Part shown: positions 19,296 to 27,600 of the stretch, piece after piece
Position numbering within the stretch: position 1 is the first letter of the stretch
Layout of the letters: each line of letters begins with the position of its first letter
Assembly: GCA_902800055.1 (NCBI GenBank)
Contig: CADCCW010000002.1
Location: 6,169 to 70,168 of the forward strand
Source of the DNA: an uncultured bacterium
GTDB taxonomy: Bacteria > Verrucomicrobiota > Kiritimatiellia > RFP12 > UBA1067
Direction: 5' to 3'
DNA length: 64,000 nucleotides
Translations under genes and position numbers: made by a program
The notes under the pieces: model-generated
The model's input: only the letters and a program-made list of their open reading frames with translations
Database searches by the model: none
Told to the model about the DNA's origin: nothing

Positions 19296-20960
19296 ATGAC
19301 GATCAGAGGACTGCTGGAGAAAAACGCCGCGGAGCGTCCCGAGCGGAACGCCCTTGTCTGGTGCGAGGACAAGGTGTGGTGCCGCCGCTCCTGGCGCGAG
19401 CATCTCGCGCGGGTGCGCGACATCGCCGAGGGCTACGGCACTCGCTTCAACCTCAAGCCGCGCGTGGAGAACGCGGCGATCGTGCTCGGCAACTCGCCCA
19501 CCTGGCTCGAGGCCTACCTCGCCCAGTCCGGTGCCGGCGTCTCGGTAGTCCCGCTCGACCCGAAGCTCCACGAGGCCGAGGTCGAGTACATCCTCGCCGA
19601 CTCCGAGGCGGTCGTGGTGACGACCGACGTCCACCACCTCAAGATGATGATGGGCCTCGCGCCGCGGCTGCCGAAGCTCCGCGGCATCGTCTGCGTCGAC
19701 GGCATCATCAACGAGGGCCAGTCGATCGGCAACGCGAAGGTGGTCGGCTTCGAGAAGCTCCGCATCTCCGGCGGCGGCGCGTGGTACGACGCCAACGTCG
19801 CGAAGGAGGAGGACGTCGCCTCCATCATCTACACTTCCGGCACCACCGGCAAGCCCAAGGGCGCGATGCTCACCCACGCCAACTTCTACAGCGACATCGA
19901 CGGCGCCTTCAAGACCTTCGGCGCCGACCTCGACGAGAACGACGCGTTCCTCACCGTGCTGCCGCTCTTCCACGCCTTCAGCTTCACCGCCAACTTCCTC
20001 GGGCCGATGTACCTCGGCTGCGAGATGCAGTTCGTGGAGTCGCTCCGCACCGTCGGGCGCGACATGCAGCTCCTGAAGCCGTCGGTCCTCTGCGCGGTGC
20101 CGCTCCTCTGCGAGAAGCTCTACGACAAGATCCAGGACGGGCTCGAGAAGTCGAAGGCCGCGCGGCTGCTCATGGCGATCGGCCTGCGCGGACCGGTGAT
20201 GCACATGGTGCTGAAGAAGCTCGGCGGCCGGCTCAGGTTCATGATCACCGGCGGCGCGCCGTGCCCGATCCACGTGCTGGACTGCTTCCGGAAGCTGCAC
20301 GTCAACTTCGTCGAGGGCTACGGCCTCACGGAATGCGCGCCGGTCGTGTCCGTGACCGGCTCCGACTGCCCGAAGGTCGGCACGATCGGCAAGCCGTGCG
20401 CAGGCGTGGAGGTGCGTCTCGCGGACAAGAACGAGAACGGCGTGGGCGAGCTGCAGGTGAAGGGCCCGATCGTGATGAAGGGGTATTTCCACAACGAAAA
20501 GGCCACCAAGGAGGCGTTCGACGGCGAGTGGTTCGCCACCGGCGACCTTGCCTCGATCGGCGACGACGGGCTCATCACCATCCGCGGCCGCAAGAAGGCG
20601 CTCATTGTCAACCGCGAGGGCAAGAATATCTACCCGGAGGAAGTCGAGAACATCGTCGACAAGGACCCGGCGGTGCAAGACATCGTCGTCGTCGGCTACA
20701 CCCAAGGCGGCGACCCCGGCGAGAAGGTGGGGGCGATCGTCTATCCGAACGAGGAGTGGTTCAAGGCGCAGAACGGCGGCACGCTGCCGGACTGGGCGGA
20801 GGTCGAGGAGACCACCCGCAAGCGGGCGCAGGAGAAGAGCGCCGAGCTTGCCGACTACAAGCGCATCCGCAAGGTGCAGGTCGTCAGGGAGCCGCTCGTG
20901 CGCACCTCGATCGGCAAGGTGAAGCGCGTGCTCTACAAGGGCGCACTCGACGAAAAGTAG
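19296..20960 (+). CDS. long-chain-fatty-acid--CoA ligase (AMP-dependent synthetase)
   Basis: AMP-binding motif IYTSGTTGKPKGAML, GYGLTE, C-terminal K (GKVKR). Confidence 0.8.
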   Translation: MTIRGLLEKNAAERPERNALVWCEDKVWCRRSWREHLARVRDIAEGYGTRFNLKPRVENAAIVLGNSPTWLEAYLAQSGAGVSVVPLDPKLHEAEVEYILADSEAVVVTTDVHHLKMMMGLAPRLPKLRGIVCVDGIINEGQSIGNAKVVGFEKLRISGGGAWYDANVAKEEDVASIIYTSGTTGKPKGAMLTHANFYSDIDGAFKTFGADLDENDAFLTVLPLFHAFSFTANFLGPMYLGCEMQFVESLRTVGRDMQLLKPSVLCAVPLLCEKLYDKIQDGLEKSKAARLLMAIGLRGPVMHMVLKKLGGRLRFMITGGAPCPIHVLDCFRKLHVNFVEGYGLTECAPVVSVTGSDCPKVGTIGKPCAGVEVRLADKNENGVGELQVKGPIVMKGYFHNEKATKEAFDGEWFATGDLASIGDDGLITIRGRKKALIVNREGKNIYPEEVENIVDKDPAVQDIVVVGYTQGGDPGEKVGAIVYPNEEWFKAQNGGTLPDWAEVEETTRKRAQEKSAELADYKRIRKVQVVREPLVRTSIGKVKRVLYKGALDEK

Positions 20961-21018
20961 GCTCTATCTCGTCTGGCTCGAGTGGCCGGAGAAGTGCTTC
21001 CGCGCTTCCGCCGCGGAC

Positions 21019-21882
21019 ATGCGCATCCTGAAGGGGCTCGTCCCGCGCGGCTCGCGCGTCGTGCGCGTCCGCTCGGAGCGCGCGTTCCTGAGGGAGCTGC
21101 CGCGCGCGACTCACGCGATTGTCTGGCATTTCCGCCGCGAGTGGTTCGACGTCGCGAAGCGACTTGAGCTCCTCGCCACCCCGGCCGCCGGACGCGAACT
21201 GCTGCCCGAGACCGGACCGGATGGCGTGAAGATCCACTTCGGCGGCTTTCACGGGCCGATCATGGCCGAGTCGGTGGCGGCGTTTGCGCTCGGCTGGGCG
21301 CGCGGCTTCTTCCGTCCTGAGCTCAGGTCGTCAGCCTGGCCGCGGAGCGAGCTGAGCGAAGTCGTAGGCGAGCTTGCCGGCACCCGGGCGGTGATCCTCG
21401 GCTACGGCAGGGTGGGGCGCGCCATCGGCGAGAAGCTTTCCTCGCTCGGGGTGGAGGTCTCTGGACTCACCCGCCATGGGTTCTTCGCTGGCGGGCGGCG
21501 GCTTCCGTCCCGGCGTTTTGCCGACTTCCTCGCCAAGGCGGACTGGCTGGTGATGGCGCTCCCGTCGACGACCGGCACCGACAATTTCCTTTCCGCGAAG
21601 CTCATCGCCAAACTGCCGCGCCGAGCGGTGGTGATCAACGTCGGCCGCGGCAATTCGGTGGACGAGCGCGCGCTCGCCGCCGCGCTCAAGTCTGGACGCA
21701 TCGCCGCGGCCTACCTCGACGTGCGCAAGAGCGAGCCGACAGCGACCATTCTCGAGTCGCCCGGGTACGTGCGGGAGCTCGCAGACCTCCCCAACTGCTT
21801 CGTCATGCCGCACGCGTCGGCATTTTCGCCGCGCTACCTCGAACGTTGCTTCAGGGAACTGAAGGACGAGGGGCTTATTTGA
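21019..21882 (+). CDS. D-isomer-specific 2-hydroxyacid dehydrogenase family protein
   Basis: NAD-binding GxGxxG (ILGYGRVGRAIG), catalytic-domain pattern (INVGRG..DERAL, MPHAS). Confidence 0.65.
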   Translation: MRILKGLVPRGSRVVRVRSERAFLRELPRATHAIVWHFRREWFDVAKRLELLATPAAGRELLPETGPDGVKIHFGGFHGPIMAESVAAFALGWARGFFRPELRSSAWPRSELSEVVGELAGTRAVILGYGRVGRAIGEKLSSLGVEVSGLTRHGFFAGGRRLPSRRFADFLAKADWLVMALPSTTGTDNFLSAKLIAKLPRRAVVINVGRGNSVDERALAAALKSGRIAAAYLDVRKSEPTATILESPGYVRELADLPNCFVMPHASAFSPRYLERCFRELKDEGLI

Positions 21883-21990
21883 GGCAGGATCAATTGCCTT
21901 CGCCTCGATACTAAATCGCGGCGTCTTGTCGTGTCCCTTTCGTCCTTTCCGTCCCTTTTATCCCTTCCTCCCGACTAACCACGAGCCACG

Positions 21991-22006
21991 AAATTTGATA
22001 TAATAC
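21991..22006 (+). promoter_or_regulatory. host-type extended -10 promoter AAATTTGATATAATAC at the left edge of the AT-rich island
   Basis: Same TATAATACGCGCC core as the promoter at 61141; followed by an 18-codon ORF (22030..22086) and then orf188. Confidence 0.4.
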
Positions 22007-22132
22007 GCGCCGTGATACCGAGCAACACCATGCGCTCTACTGCGCCGTTCGCCTTTTCCGCCGCGCCGGCGGAGGCTGGGCATTAGTGTCTCTGAACAAT
22101 GTATATCTTGACAGACTAATAGATATACGATT

Positions 22133-22699
22133 ATGATGGACTCAAATCACATAGAATGGATATTAGACTTTCTTTCGGGCAGTGGCCAGATGGGAGAACT
22201 TTTACTGCAGCGCAAGGATCGTTTTGTGTTTTCTGAAGCGAAGACTTATCCAGCCAAGGCAATTGGCAGTGATTTCCGTTGGGGGTTGCCTTGGGAGGAT
22301 GAGTGTCTAGGGGCTTTCCCATTGTTTGCGGAGGATGTGAAGTCCAGGCTTGGTCGTGGCAATGTCATGTGCCTTTTCAGGGAATGTGATTTCCACAAGA
22401 ATGATCCCTGCATGAGGAACGAGACATGTGCAATGGTTTATGCCGGCGACGACATTATATATTTGCTTGATGGGTCGAACAACGACGACGAAATCGGCAG
22501 AACGATTCGGAAGGCCAACAAGTTCATGTTGATGTGTGAGGTTTGTGGATGTGAACGTACCCTTAAAAGAGGCGAAGAAATCACATATGATGTTCTTGGC
22601 GATATTCTAGACCACCTCGTCGGCGTAGCTGTCGGCATTTGCGATGACATGGGTGTTTGCTATGTACCGATTAGATCGACTTTGCTGCAAGACAACTAA
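22133..22699 (+). CDS. hypothetical cysteine-rich protein (188 aa), no recognisable family
   Basis: Complete ORF in a ~40% GC stretch (host ~65%); 10 Cys including CEVCGCE; ATG lies inside an AT-rich TTGACA-N18-TATGAT promoter-like sequence; no SD. Confidence 0.5.
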   Translation: MMDSNHIEWILDFLSGSGQMGELLLQRKDRFVFSEAKTYPAKAIGSDFRWGLPWEDECLGAFPLFAEDVKSRLGRGNVMCLFRECDFHKNDPCMRNETCAMVYAGDDIIYLLDGSNNDDEIGRTIRKANKFMLMCEVCGCERTLKRGEEITYDVLGDILDHLVGVAVGICDDMGVCYVPIRSTLLQDN

Positions 22700-22850
22700 A
22701 TATTGAGGTGTATTATGTTTAGATTTAAGTCCAAGGTTGACCGCGGTTCGATAATTCAATTTGAGTAAATGATAGGATGGGCCATCGCGGCACCTTCCGC
22801 GGCACCTTGCGCGGCAGTTTGATTTCGTCCGCACCGTAATCTCCGCGGAA

Positions 22851-22865
22851 GATTTGGTATAATAC
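22851..22865 (+). promoter_or_regulatory. extended -10 promoter GATTTGGTATAATAC upstream of the Sel1-repeat gene
   Basis: Conserved motif ~50 nt upstream of ATG 22917. Confidence 0.45.
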
Positions 22866-22916
22866 GCGGTATAGGGAAACAAGGACACTCTAGCTAGTGC
22901 GGAGTTGGCAGACGGA

Positions 22917-24212
22917 ATGAAGAAGAGTGAATCGAGTTCGGGCGGCGTTGAGCGCGCTGCTGATGAATCAGAGCAGGATCCTCAAAGTGTTTCGGCACAG
23001 GGGTTGGATCTCGTCCAGGTGCGCCAGATGGCAGAGCAGGGCAACATGTCTGCGCAGATAATCATGGGTTGGTGCTATTACTATGGCGACGGCGTTCAGA
23101 AGGACAAGGTTGAGTCGGCGAAGTGGTACCTTAAGGCGGCGGAACAGGGGGAGCCCTCTGCGCAAAGCCACATTGGAGATTGTTATGATGAGGGAGATGG
23201 CGTGGAGAAGAATATGTCCGAAGCGGCAAGGTGGTATCGTAAGGCAGCTGAGCAAGGTGATGTGTATGGGCAATTCAACCTTAGTTGTTGCTACGCCGAT
23301 GGCGAAGGGGTTCCACAGGACTATGTCGAGGCGGTTAAGTGGTGCCGCAAGGTGGCGGAGCAGGGGTATGCGATTGCGCAGACCAGATTGGGTAGTTTCT
23401 ATCGCAGGGGGCTTGGCGTTGAGACTGACTTGGCGGAAGCGGCAAGGTGGTATCGTAAGGCAGCTGAGCAAGGTGATGCAGATGCCCAATACAACCTTGG
23501 CGCCTGCTACGCCAACGGCGATGGGGTCGCGTATGACATGGCTGAGGCGATTAAGTGGTGCCGCAAGGCTGCGGAGCAGGGGGATGTGGATGCTCAATAC
23601 AACCTTGGTTTCTTTTACGCCAATGGCGATTGGGTTCCTCAGGACACGTCCGAGTCGGCGAAATGGTACCGCATGGCAGCGGAGCAGGGGGATGCTGATG
23701 CGCAATACAACCTCGGCTTGTGTTATGACAACGGAGATGGCGTCCTGCAGGACAAGGTAGAAGCGGTGAAATGGTACCGCAAGGCGGCGGAGCAGGGTGG
23801 GATGTTTGCGCAGTGCAACCTAGGATTGTGCTACGCCAATGGCAAAGGTGTTGCGCAGGATATGGCTGAGGCGGTGAAGTGGTATCGTAAGGCGGCGGAA
23901 CAGGGGGATGCAAAGGCGCAGTGCAACTTGGGGGTGTGCTATGCCAACGGCGAGGGCGTCGAGAATGATTTTAACGAGGCGGCTAAGTGGTTCCGCGCCG
24001 CGGCGGAACAGGGACACATGTATGCGCAATTCAACCTCGGTTCGAGCTATGCCAATGGCGACGGCGTTCCGCAGGACATGGTTGAAGCGGAGAAATGGTA
24101 CCGCAAGGCGGCGGAGCAGGGGTATGAAGATGCAATCGCCGCCCTAAAGGCATTGGAGTCCGGCGAGGTCAACGAAATGGGAGGTGGCACTTGCATTCCA
24201 AGGCCAGAATGA
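22917..24212 (+). CDS. Sel1-repeat (TPR-like) protein with ~10.5 tandem near-identical 36-aa repeats
   Basis: Repeated unit A.KWYRKAAEQGDADAQYNLG.CYANGDGV.QD..EA (Sel1/HcpA-like); no signal peptide; alternative TTG start at 22905. Confidence 0.8.
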   Translation: MKKSESSSGGVERAADESEQDPQSVSAQGLDLVQVRQMAEQGNMSAQIIMGWCYYYGDGVQKDKVESAKWYLKAAEQGEPSAQSHIGDCYDEGDGVEKNMSEAARWYRKAAEQGDVYGQFNLSCCYADGEGVPQDYVEAVKWCRKVAEQGYAIAQTRLGSFYRRGLGVETDLAEAARWYRKAAEQGDADAQYNLGACYANGDGVAYDMAEAIKWCRKAAEQGDVDAQYNLGFFYANGDWVPQDTSESAKWYRMAAEQGDADAQYNLGLCYDNGDGVLQDKVEAVKWYRKAAEQGGMFAQCNLGLCYANGKGVAQDMAEAVKWYRKAAEQGDAKAQCNLGVCYANGEGVENDFNEAAKWFRAAAEQGHMYAQFNLGSSYANGDGVPQDMVEAEKWYRKAAEQGYEDAIAALKALESGEVNEMGGGTCIPRPE

Positions 24213-24252
24213 TGTATAATACGTATCATATTTGAAGCAAGGAGTGATGCAA

Positions 24253-24516
24253 ATGCCGAAGACATTGACAATACATGAGTTGGAGCCGGCGACGGCCAAG
24301 CTTCTTATGGTCTATGCGAGGCGCCAGTCTAAAAGCCTCAACCAGTCCGTAAAGGATTTGCTTGCCGTTGCCCTTGGCGTGGTGCCTAAGCCTCGCATTA
24401 AGGTTGACAATGGATTGAGCAGATTTCGGGGGTGCGTTGACAGCAAGGCCGCCTCCGATCTGCTTGCCTATGTAGAGGATGCCGACTTTTCCAAGGTTGA
24501 CAAGGAGGACCTTTGA
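24253..24516 (+). CDS. vapB: VapB-like antitoxin
   Basis: Small ORF directly upstream of and 1-nt separated from a PIN-domain gene; AAGGAG SD 8 nt upstream of ATG 24253 (track start 24232). Confidence 0.6.
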   Translation: MPKTLTIHELEPATAKLLMVYARRQSKSLNQSVKDLLAVALGVVPKPRIKVDNGLSRFRGCVDSKAASDLLAYVEDADFSKVDKEDL

Positions 24517-24517
24517 C

Positions 24518-24910
24518 ATGGCGAGCATGCTTGTCGACACAAATGTCCTTATTCGCTATTTTAGGGGCGATGAGCCTTTTGCCGAACTTATCGAGACTTC
24601 GGAGTCGGTTGTTGTGCATCCTGTTGTGTATGCCGAGTATATGAATGGACTCGACGAGGGCAGAAAAAGCGGAAAGTTGCTCCGCAGACGCCTGGAAGAG
24701 TTCCTTGACGCACCGCCGGTAGTTCTTGCAAATGTTTCCACTACCACGTCTTTGTACTATTCCAAGATATACAAGGCACTAAAGGATGCTGGGCGGATGA
24801 TTCCTCAGAACGACATTTGGATCGCGGCGAGCGCGATTGAGAAGGGATATGTTCTTGCGACACACGATGAACATTTCTCTCAGATTCCGATGCTGCGGCT
24901 TGCTGAGTAA
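24518..24910 (+). CDS. vapC: PIN-domain ribonuclease toxin VapC
   Basis: MLVDTNVLI (first acidic residue), conserved acidic residues downstream (..ATHDEHF..), ~130 aa, typical VapBC arrangement. The track ORF starts at 24479 upstream of the likely ATG. Confidence 0.8.
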   Translation: MASMLVDTNVLIRYFRGDEPFAELIETSESVVVHPVVYAEYMNGLDEGRKSGKLLRRRLEEFLDAPPVVLANVSTTTSLYYSKIYKALKDAGRMIPQNDIWIAASAIEKGYVLATHDEHFSQIPMLRLAE

Positions 24911-24912
24911 GG

Positions 24913-25356
24913 GTGAAAAAGGGGCTGACCCTAATGAATGGCTCGTTTGAGGTAGCGTCGGTGGAGGAGACCTGGGAGGTTGCGCGGCGGCTTGCCGCGG
25001 AGCTTGGGCCGGGCGACGTCGTCTGCCTTGAAGGCGACCTCGGCGCGGGCAAGACCACCTTCGTGCAGGGCATGGCCGCTGCGATGGGCGTGGGCGGCAG
25101 GGTGATCTCGCCCACGTTCTGCCTCGTCTCCGAGCACCGCGGCGGCGGGCGGTTGCTCGTCCACATGGATCTCTACCGACTGCGCGGCGAGGACGACGTC
25201 CTTTCCGTCGGCTGGGAGGACTACCTCGCCGAGGGCGCGGTCCTCGCCGTCGAGTGGCCCGACCGCGCCGGCTCGCTCATTCCCGCCAACGCCCGCCGCG
25301 TCACCATCGCCGTCCCCGACGGCTCCGGAGACCGCCGCACCATCACAATCACGTAA
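24913..25356 (+). CDS. tsaE: tRNA threonylcarbamoyladenosine biosynthesis ATPase TsaE
   Basis: Walker A GDLGAGKTTFVQG, ISPTFCLVSEH motif; GTG start (ATG alternative at 24934). Confidence 0.8.
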   Translation: MKKGLTLMNGSFEVASVEETWEVARRLAAELGPGDVVCLEGDLGAGKTTFVQGMAAAMGVGGRVISPTFCLVSEHRGGGRLLVHMDLYRLRGEDDVLSVGWEDYLAEGAVLAVEWPDRAGSLIPANARRVTIAVPDGSGDRRTITIT

Positions 25357-25359
25357 GCT

Positions 25360-26412
25360 ATGAACACCCGCGCCATTCTTCTGCTTGCGGCGACTGCCGC
25401 CGTGCTTACTGCGTTTGCCGCTGCCGGTGACGGCGGGGCGGAGCGCAAGGCCGAGACTAAATTGGTTGTGGCTGCTGCAGCGGCGACCGCAGAGCACCGC
25501 CTTGCGATGACCGCAAAGGATATCGCGGAGCTCGCGCCGCATATCATGGAGGCGGTCAAGATCCGCGCCCGCGCCGCCGCCCGCGAGGCAAAGCACGCCG
25601 AGGAGCTGCGCAAGAAGGGCATTGCCGAGGTTCCGGCAAGCTTTGGCGAGCGCCATGTGGTTGACGTCGCCGGCTTCGCCCAGTTGCTTGGAATCAGCCA
25701 TTTCGATGTCAACGACTTCGGCCAGGTCTACATCGACCGCCGTTTTGTGACCGACGAGGAGATGAAGACCGTCGCCGCAATCGAGAACTGGTTGCGCGAG
25801 CACTTCCCGGATAGGTTCCATCCGCGTCCGCCGGTGACAGCTCCCGGCGCGTCGGAGGTGCCGGTCTTCCGCGGCTTCGAGGACTCGCGCTACCAGGTAC
25901 ATGACGAGCTCATCGTGAGGCTGGTGAAGGAGTTCAACGCCGACAAGGCGAAGGCGTGCGGCGGCTCGGCGGAACAGGCGGCGAAGATAATCGACCTCAC
26001 CCCGGCGCTGGTCAAGGCTCACATGATCGAGGAGTCGGGCGGCAACAGCGCCCGCTCCAAGGCGGCGTGGGCGGTCGATCCGCTTCAGGTCAACGTGCCC
26101 GGCGACTGGGGCGAGGAGAAGACTTTGGTCGGCCTCAAGAAGCCATCGAAGCGCAACGAGGGCACGGCCGAGGCGAATGTGCGCGCCGCGATCAGGTATC
26201 TTTCACGCAAGGGCTTCTCTGCCTCCGCCAAGCCGGCGTCGGCGCGACCAAATGGCTTCTTCGACGGCTGGCTCAAGGCCCTGCAGCGCTACAACGGTCG
26301 CCGCGACCGCACCGACACCGACCGCTACTACTCCGACGAGTATGCGGACAAGATCGTGCGCCGCGCGAAGAACCCCGATCTTTTCGTGCCCATCGAGATC
26401 AAACTCAAGTAA
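25360..26412 (+). CDS. secreted protein with C-terminal lytic-transglycosylase (SLT)-like domain
   Basis: Signal peptide; HMIEESGGNS (catalytic Glu-Ser), DPLQVN, RYNG motifs reminiscent of SLT domains. Confidence 0.4.
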   Translation: MNTRAILLLAATAAVLTAFAAAGDGGAERKAETKLVVAAAAATAEHRLAMTAKDIAELAPHIMEAVKIRARAAAREAKHAEELRKKGIAEVPASFGERHVVDVAGFAQLLGISHFDVNDFGQVYIDRRFVTDEEMKTVAAIENWLREHFPDRFHPRPPVTAPGASEVPVFRGFEDSRYQVHDELIVRLVKEFNADKAKACGGSAEQAAKIIDLTPALVKAHMIEESGGNSARSKAAWAVDPLQVNVPGDWGEEKTLVGLKKPSKRNEGTAEANVRAAIRYLSRKGFSASAKPASARPNGFFDGWLKALQRYNGRRDRTDTDRYYSDEYADKIVRRAKNPDLFVPIEIKLK

Positions 26413-26430
26413 TTCCAAAGGAGAACGCAA

Positions 26431-27573
26431 ATGGAAACCAAGATACTTCAGTTCGGGGAGGGGAATTTCCTCCGGTGCTTCATCGACTGGATGGTCCAGA
26501 AGATGAACGACAAGGCCGGTTTCAACGGTCAGGTGCAGATCATCCAGCCGATCGGCGAGGAGCTCTCGCCGCCGTCGAGGATCCTCAACGAGCGCGGCGG
26601 CAGGTACCACACCTGCCTGCGCGGCGTCATCGGCGGCAAGACCGTCGAGGAGATCGAGGAGATCTCGTCCGTGAAGGGCGTGGACCTCGCCGCCAACCTC
26701 GAGCAGTACGCCGCGATCCCGTCGCTCCGTTTCGTCGTCTCGAACACGACCGAGGCGGGCATCCAGTACGTAAAGGACGCGGACACCTTCCCCGCCAAGG
26801 TGCTGCGGCTCCTGCGCTCGCGCTTCGCCGCGAAGCTCCCCGGCCTCGTCTTCATCCCCTGCGAGCTCATCGAGCACAACGGCGACAACCTCAAGAAGTG
26901 CGTTCTCCAGCACCTCGCCGACGCGCCGGACGCCGCGCTCTCGGCGTGGATCGAGAAGGAGTGCGTCTTCTGCTCGACCCTGGTCGACCGCATAGTCGCC
27001 GGCCGTCCCGACCCCGAGTCCGCCGCGCGCTACGCCGAGCGGCTCGGCGAGAAGGACGACGTTCTCGTCTGCGGCGAGCCGTTCCACTTCTTCGTCATTG
27101 AGACCCCGGCCGGCTTCGACCTCGAGAAGGAGCTGCCGCTCAAGGCGGCCGGCGTCAACGTCGTCTACACGCCCGACATGCAGCCCTACCGCACCCGCAA
27201 GGTGCGCTTCCTGAACGCGACGCACACCACGATGGTCTACCGTGGGCTAGAGAAGGGCTTTACCGAGGTCGCCCAGTGCATCGCCGACCCGGAGTTCAAC
27301 CAGTTCGTCCGCAAGGTAGTCTTCGACGAGATCTACCCGACCGTCAACCTGCCCGACGCCGAAAAGACCGAGTACGCCAACTCCGTCCTCGAGCGCTTCG
27401 CCAATCCGTTCGCCCACCACCAGCTCAAGTCGATCGCGCTCAACACCATCGCCAAGTGGAAGACGCGCTGCCTGCCGGTAGTCTGCGACTACTACAAGCT
27501 CTACGGCAAGCTCCCGCCGGCGATGATCGAGGGCTACGAGGCCATCGCCCGCCACTACGACGCGGCGAAATAG
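26431..27573 (+). CDS. uxaB: altronate oxidoreductase / tagaturonate reductase
   Basis: ILQFGEGNFLRCFIDW, FVVSNTTEAG, IPCELIEHNGD, FCSTLVDRIV, RKVRFLNATHT, HQLKSIALN are collinear with E. coli UxaB. Confidence 0.85.
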   Translation: METKILQFGEGNFLRCFIDWMVQKMNDKAGFNGQVQIIQPIGEELSPPSRILNERGGRYHTCLRGVIGGKTVEEIEEISSVKGVDLAANLEQYAAIPSLRFVVSNTTEAGIQYVKDADTFPAKVLRLLRSRFAAKLPGLVFIPCELIEHNGDNLKKCVLQHLADAPDAALSAWIEKECVFCSTLVDRIVAGRPDPESAARYAERLGEKDDVLVCGEPFHFFVIETPAGFDLEKELPLKAAGVNVVYTPDMQPYRTRKVRFLNATHTTMVYRGLEKGFTEVAQCIADPEFNQFVRKVVFDEIYPTVNLPDAEKTEYANSVLERFANPFAHHQLKSIALNTIAKWKTRCLPVVCDYYKLYGKLPPAMIEGYEAIARHYDAAK

Positions 27574-27580
27574 CGAGGCG

Positions 27581-27596
27581 GTTTTTGGTATAATAC
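27581..27596 (+). promoter_or_regulatory. extended -10 promoter GTTTTTGGTATAATAC, 6 nt upstream of the plsY ATG (leaderless)
   Basis: Conserved motif. Confidence 0.6.
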
Positions 27597-27600
27597 GGCC

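Noticed and set aside
22607-22888. 93-aa minus-strand ORF spanning the orf188-Sel1 intergenic region
   Set aside because: No start context, an Arg-rich low-complexity segment, and it overlaps the 3' end of orf188. It is probably spurious, although a small RNA in this 218-bp AT-rich spacer cannot be excluded.
23030-24130. CRISPR-like regular repeats
   Set aside because: The 108-bp periodicity is coding (Sel1 units in one long ORF). The repeats are near-identical through their whole length without unique spacers.
21883-24912. Prophage or IS element interpretation of the AT-rich island
   Set aside because: No integrase, transposase, terminal inverted repeats or target-site duplications are visible. 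I only claim compositional atypicality.
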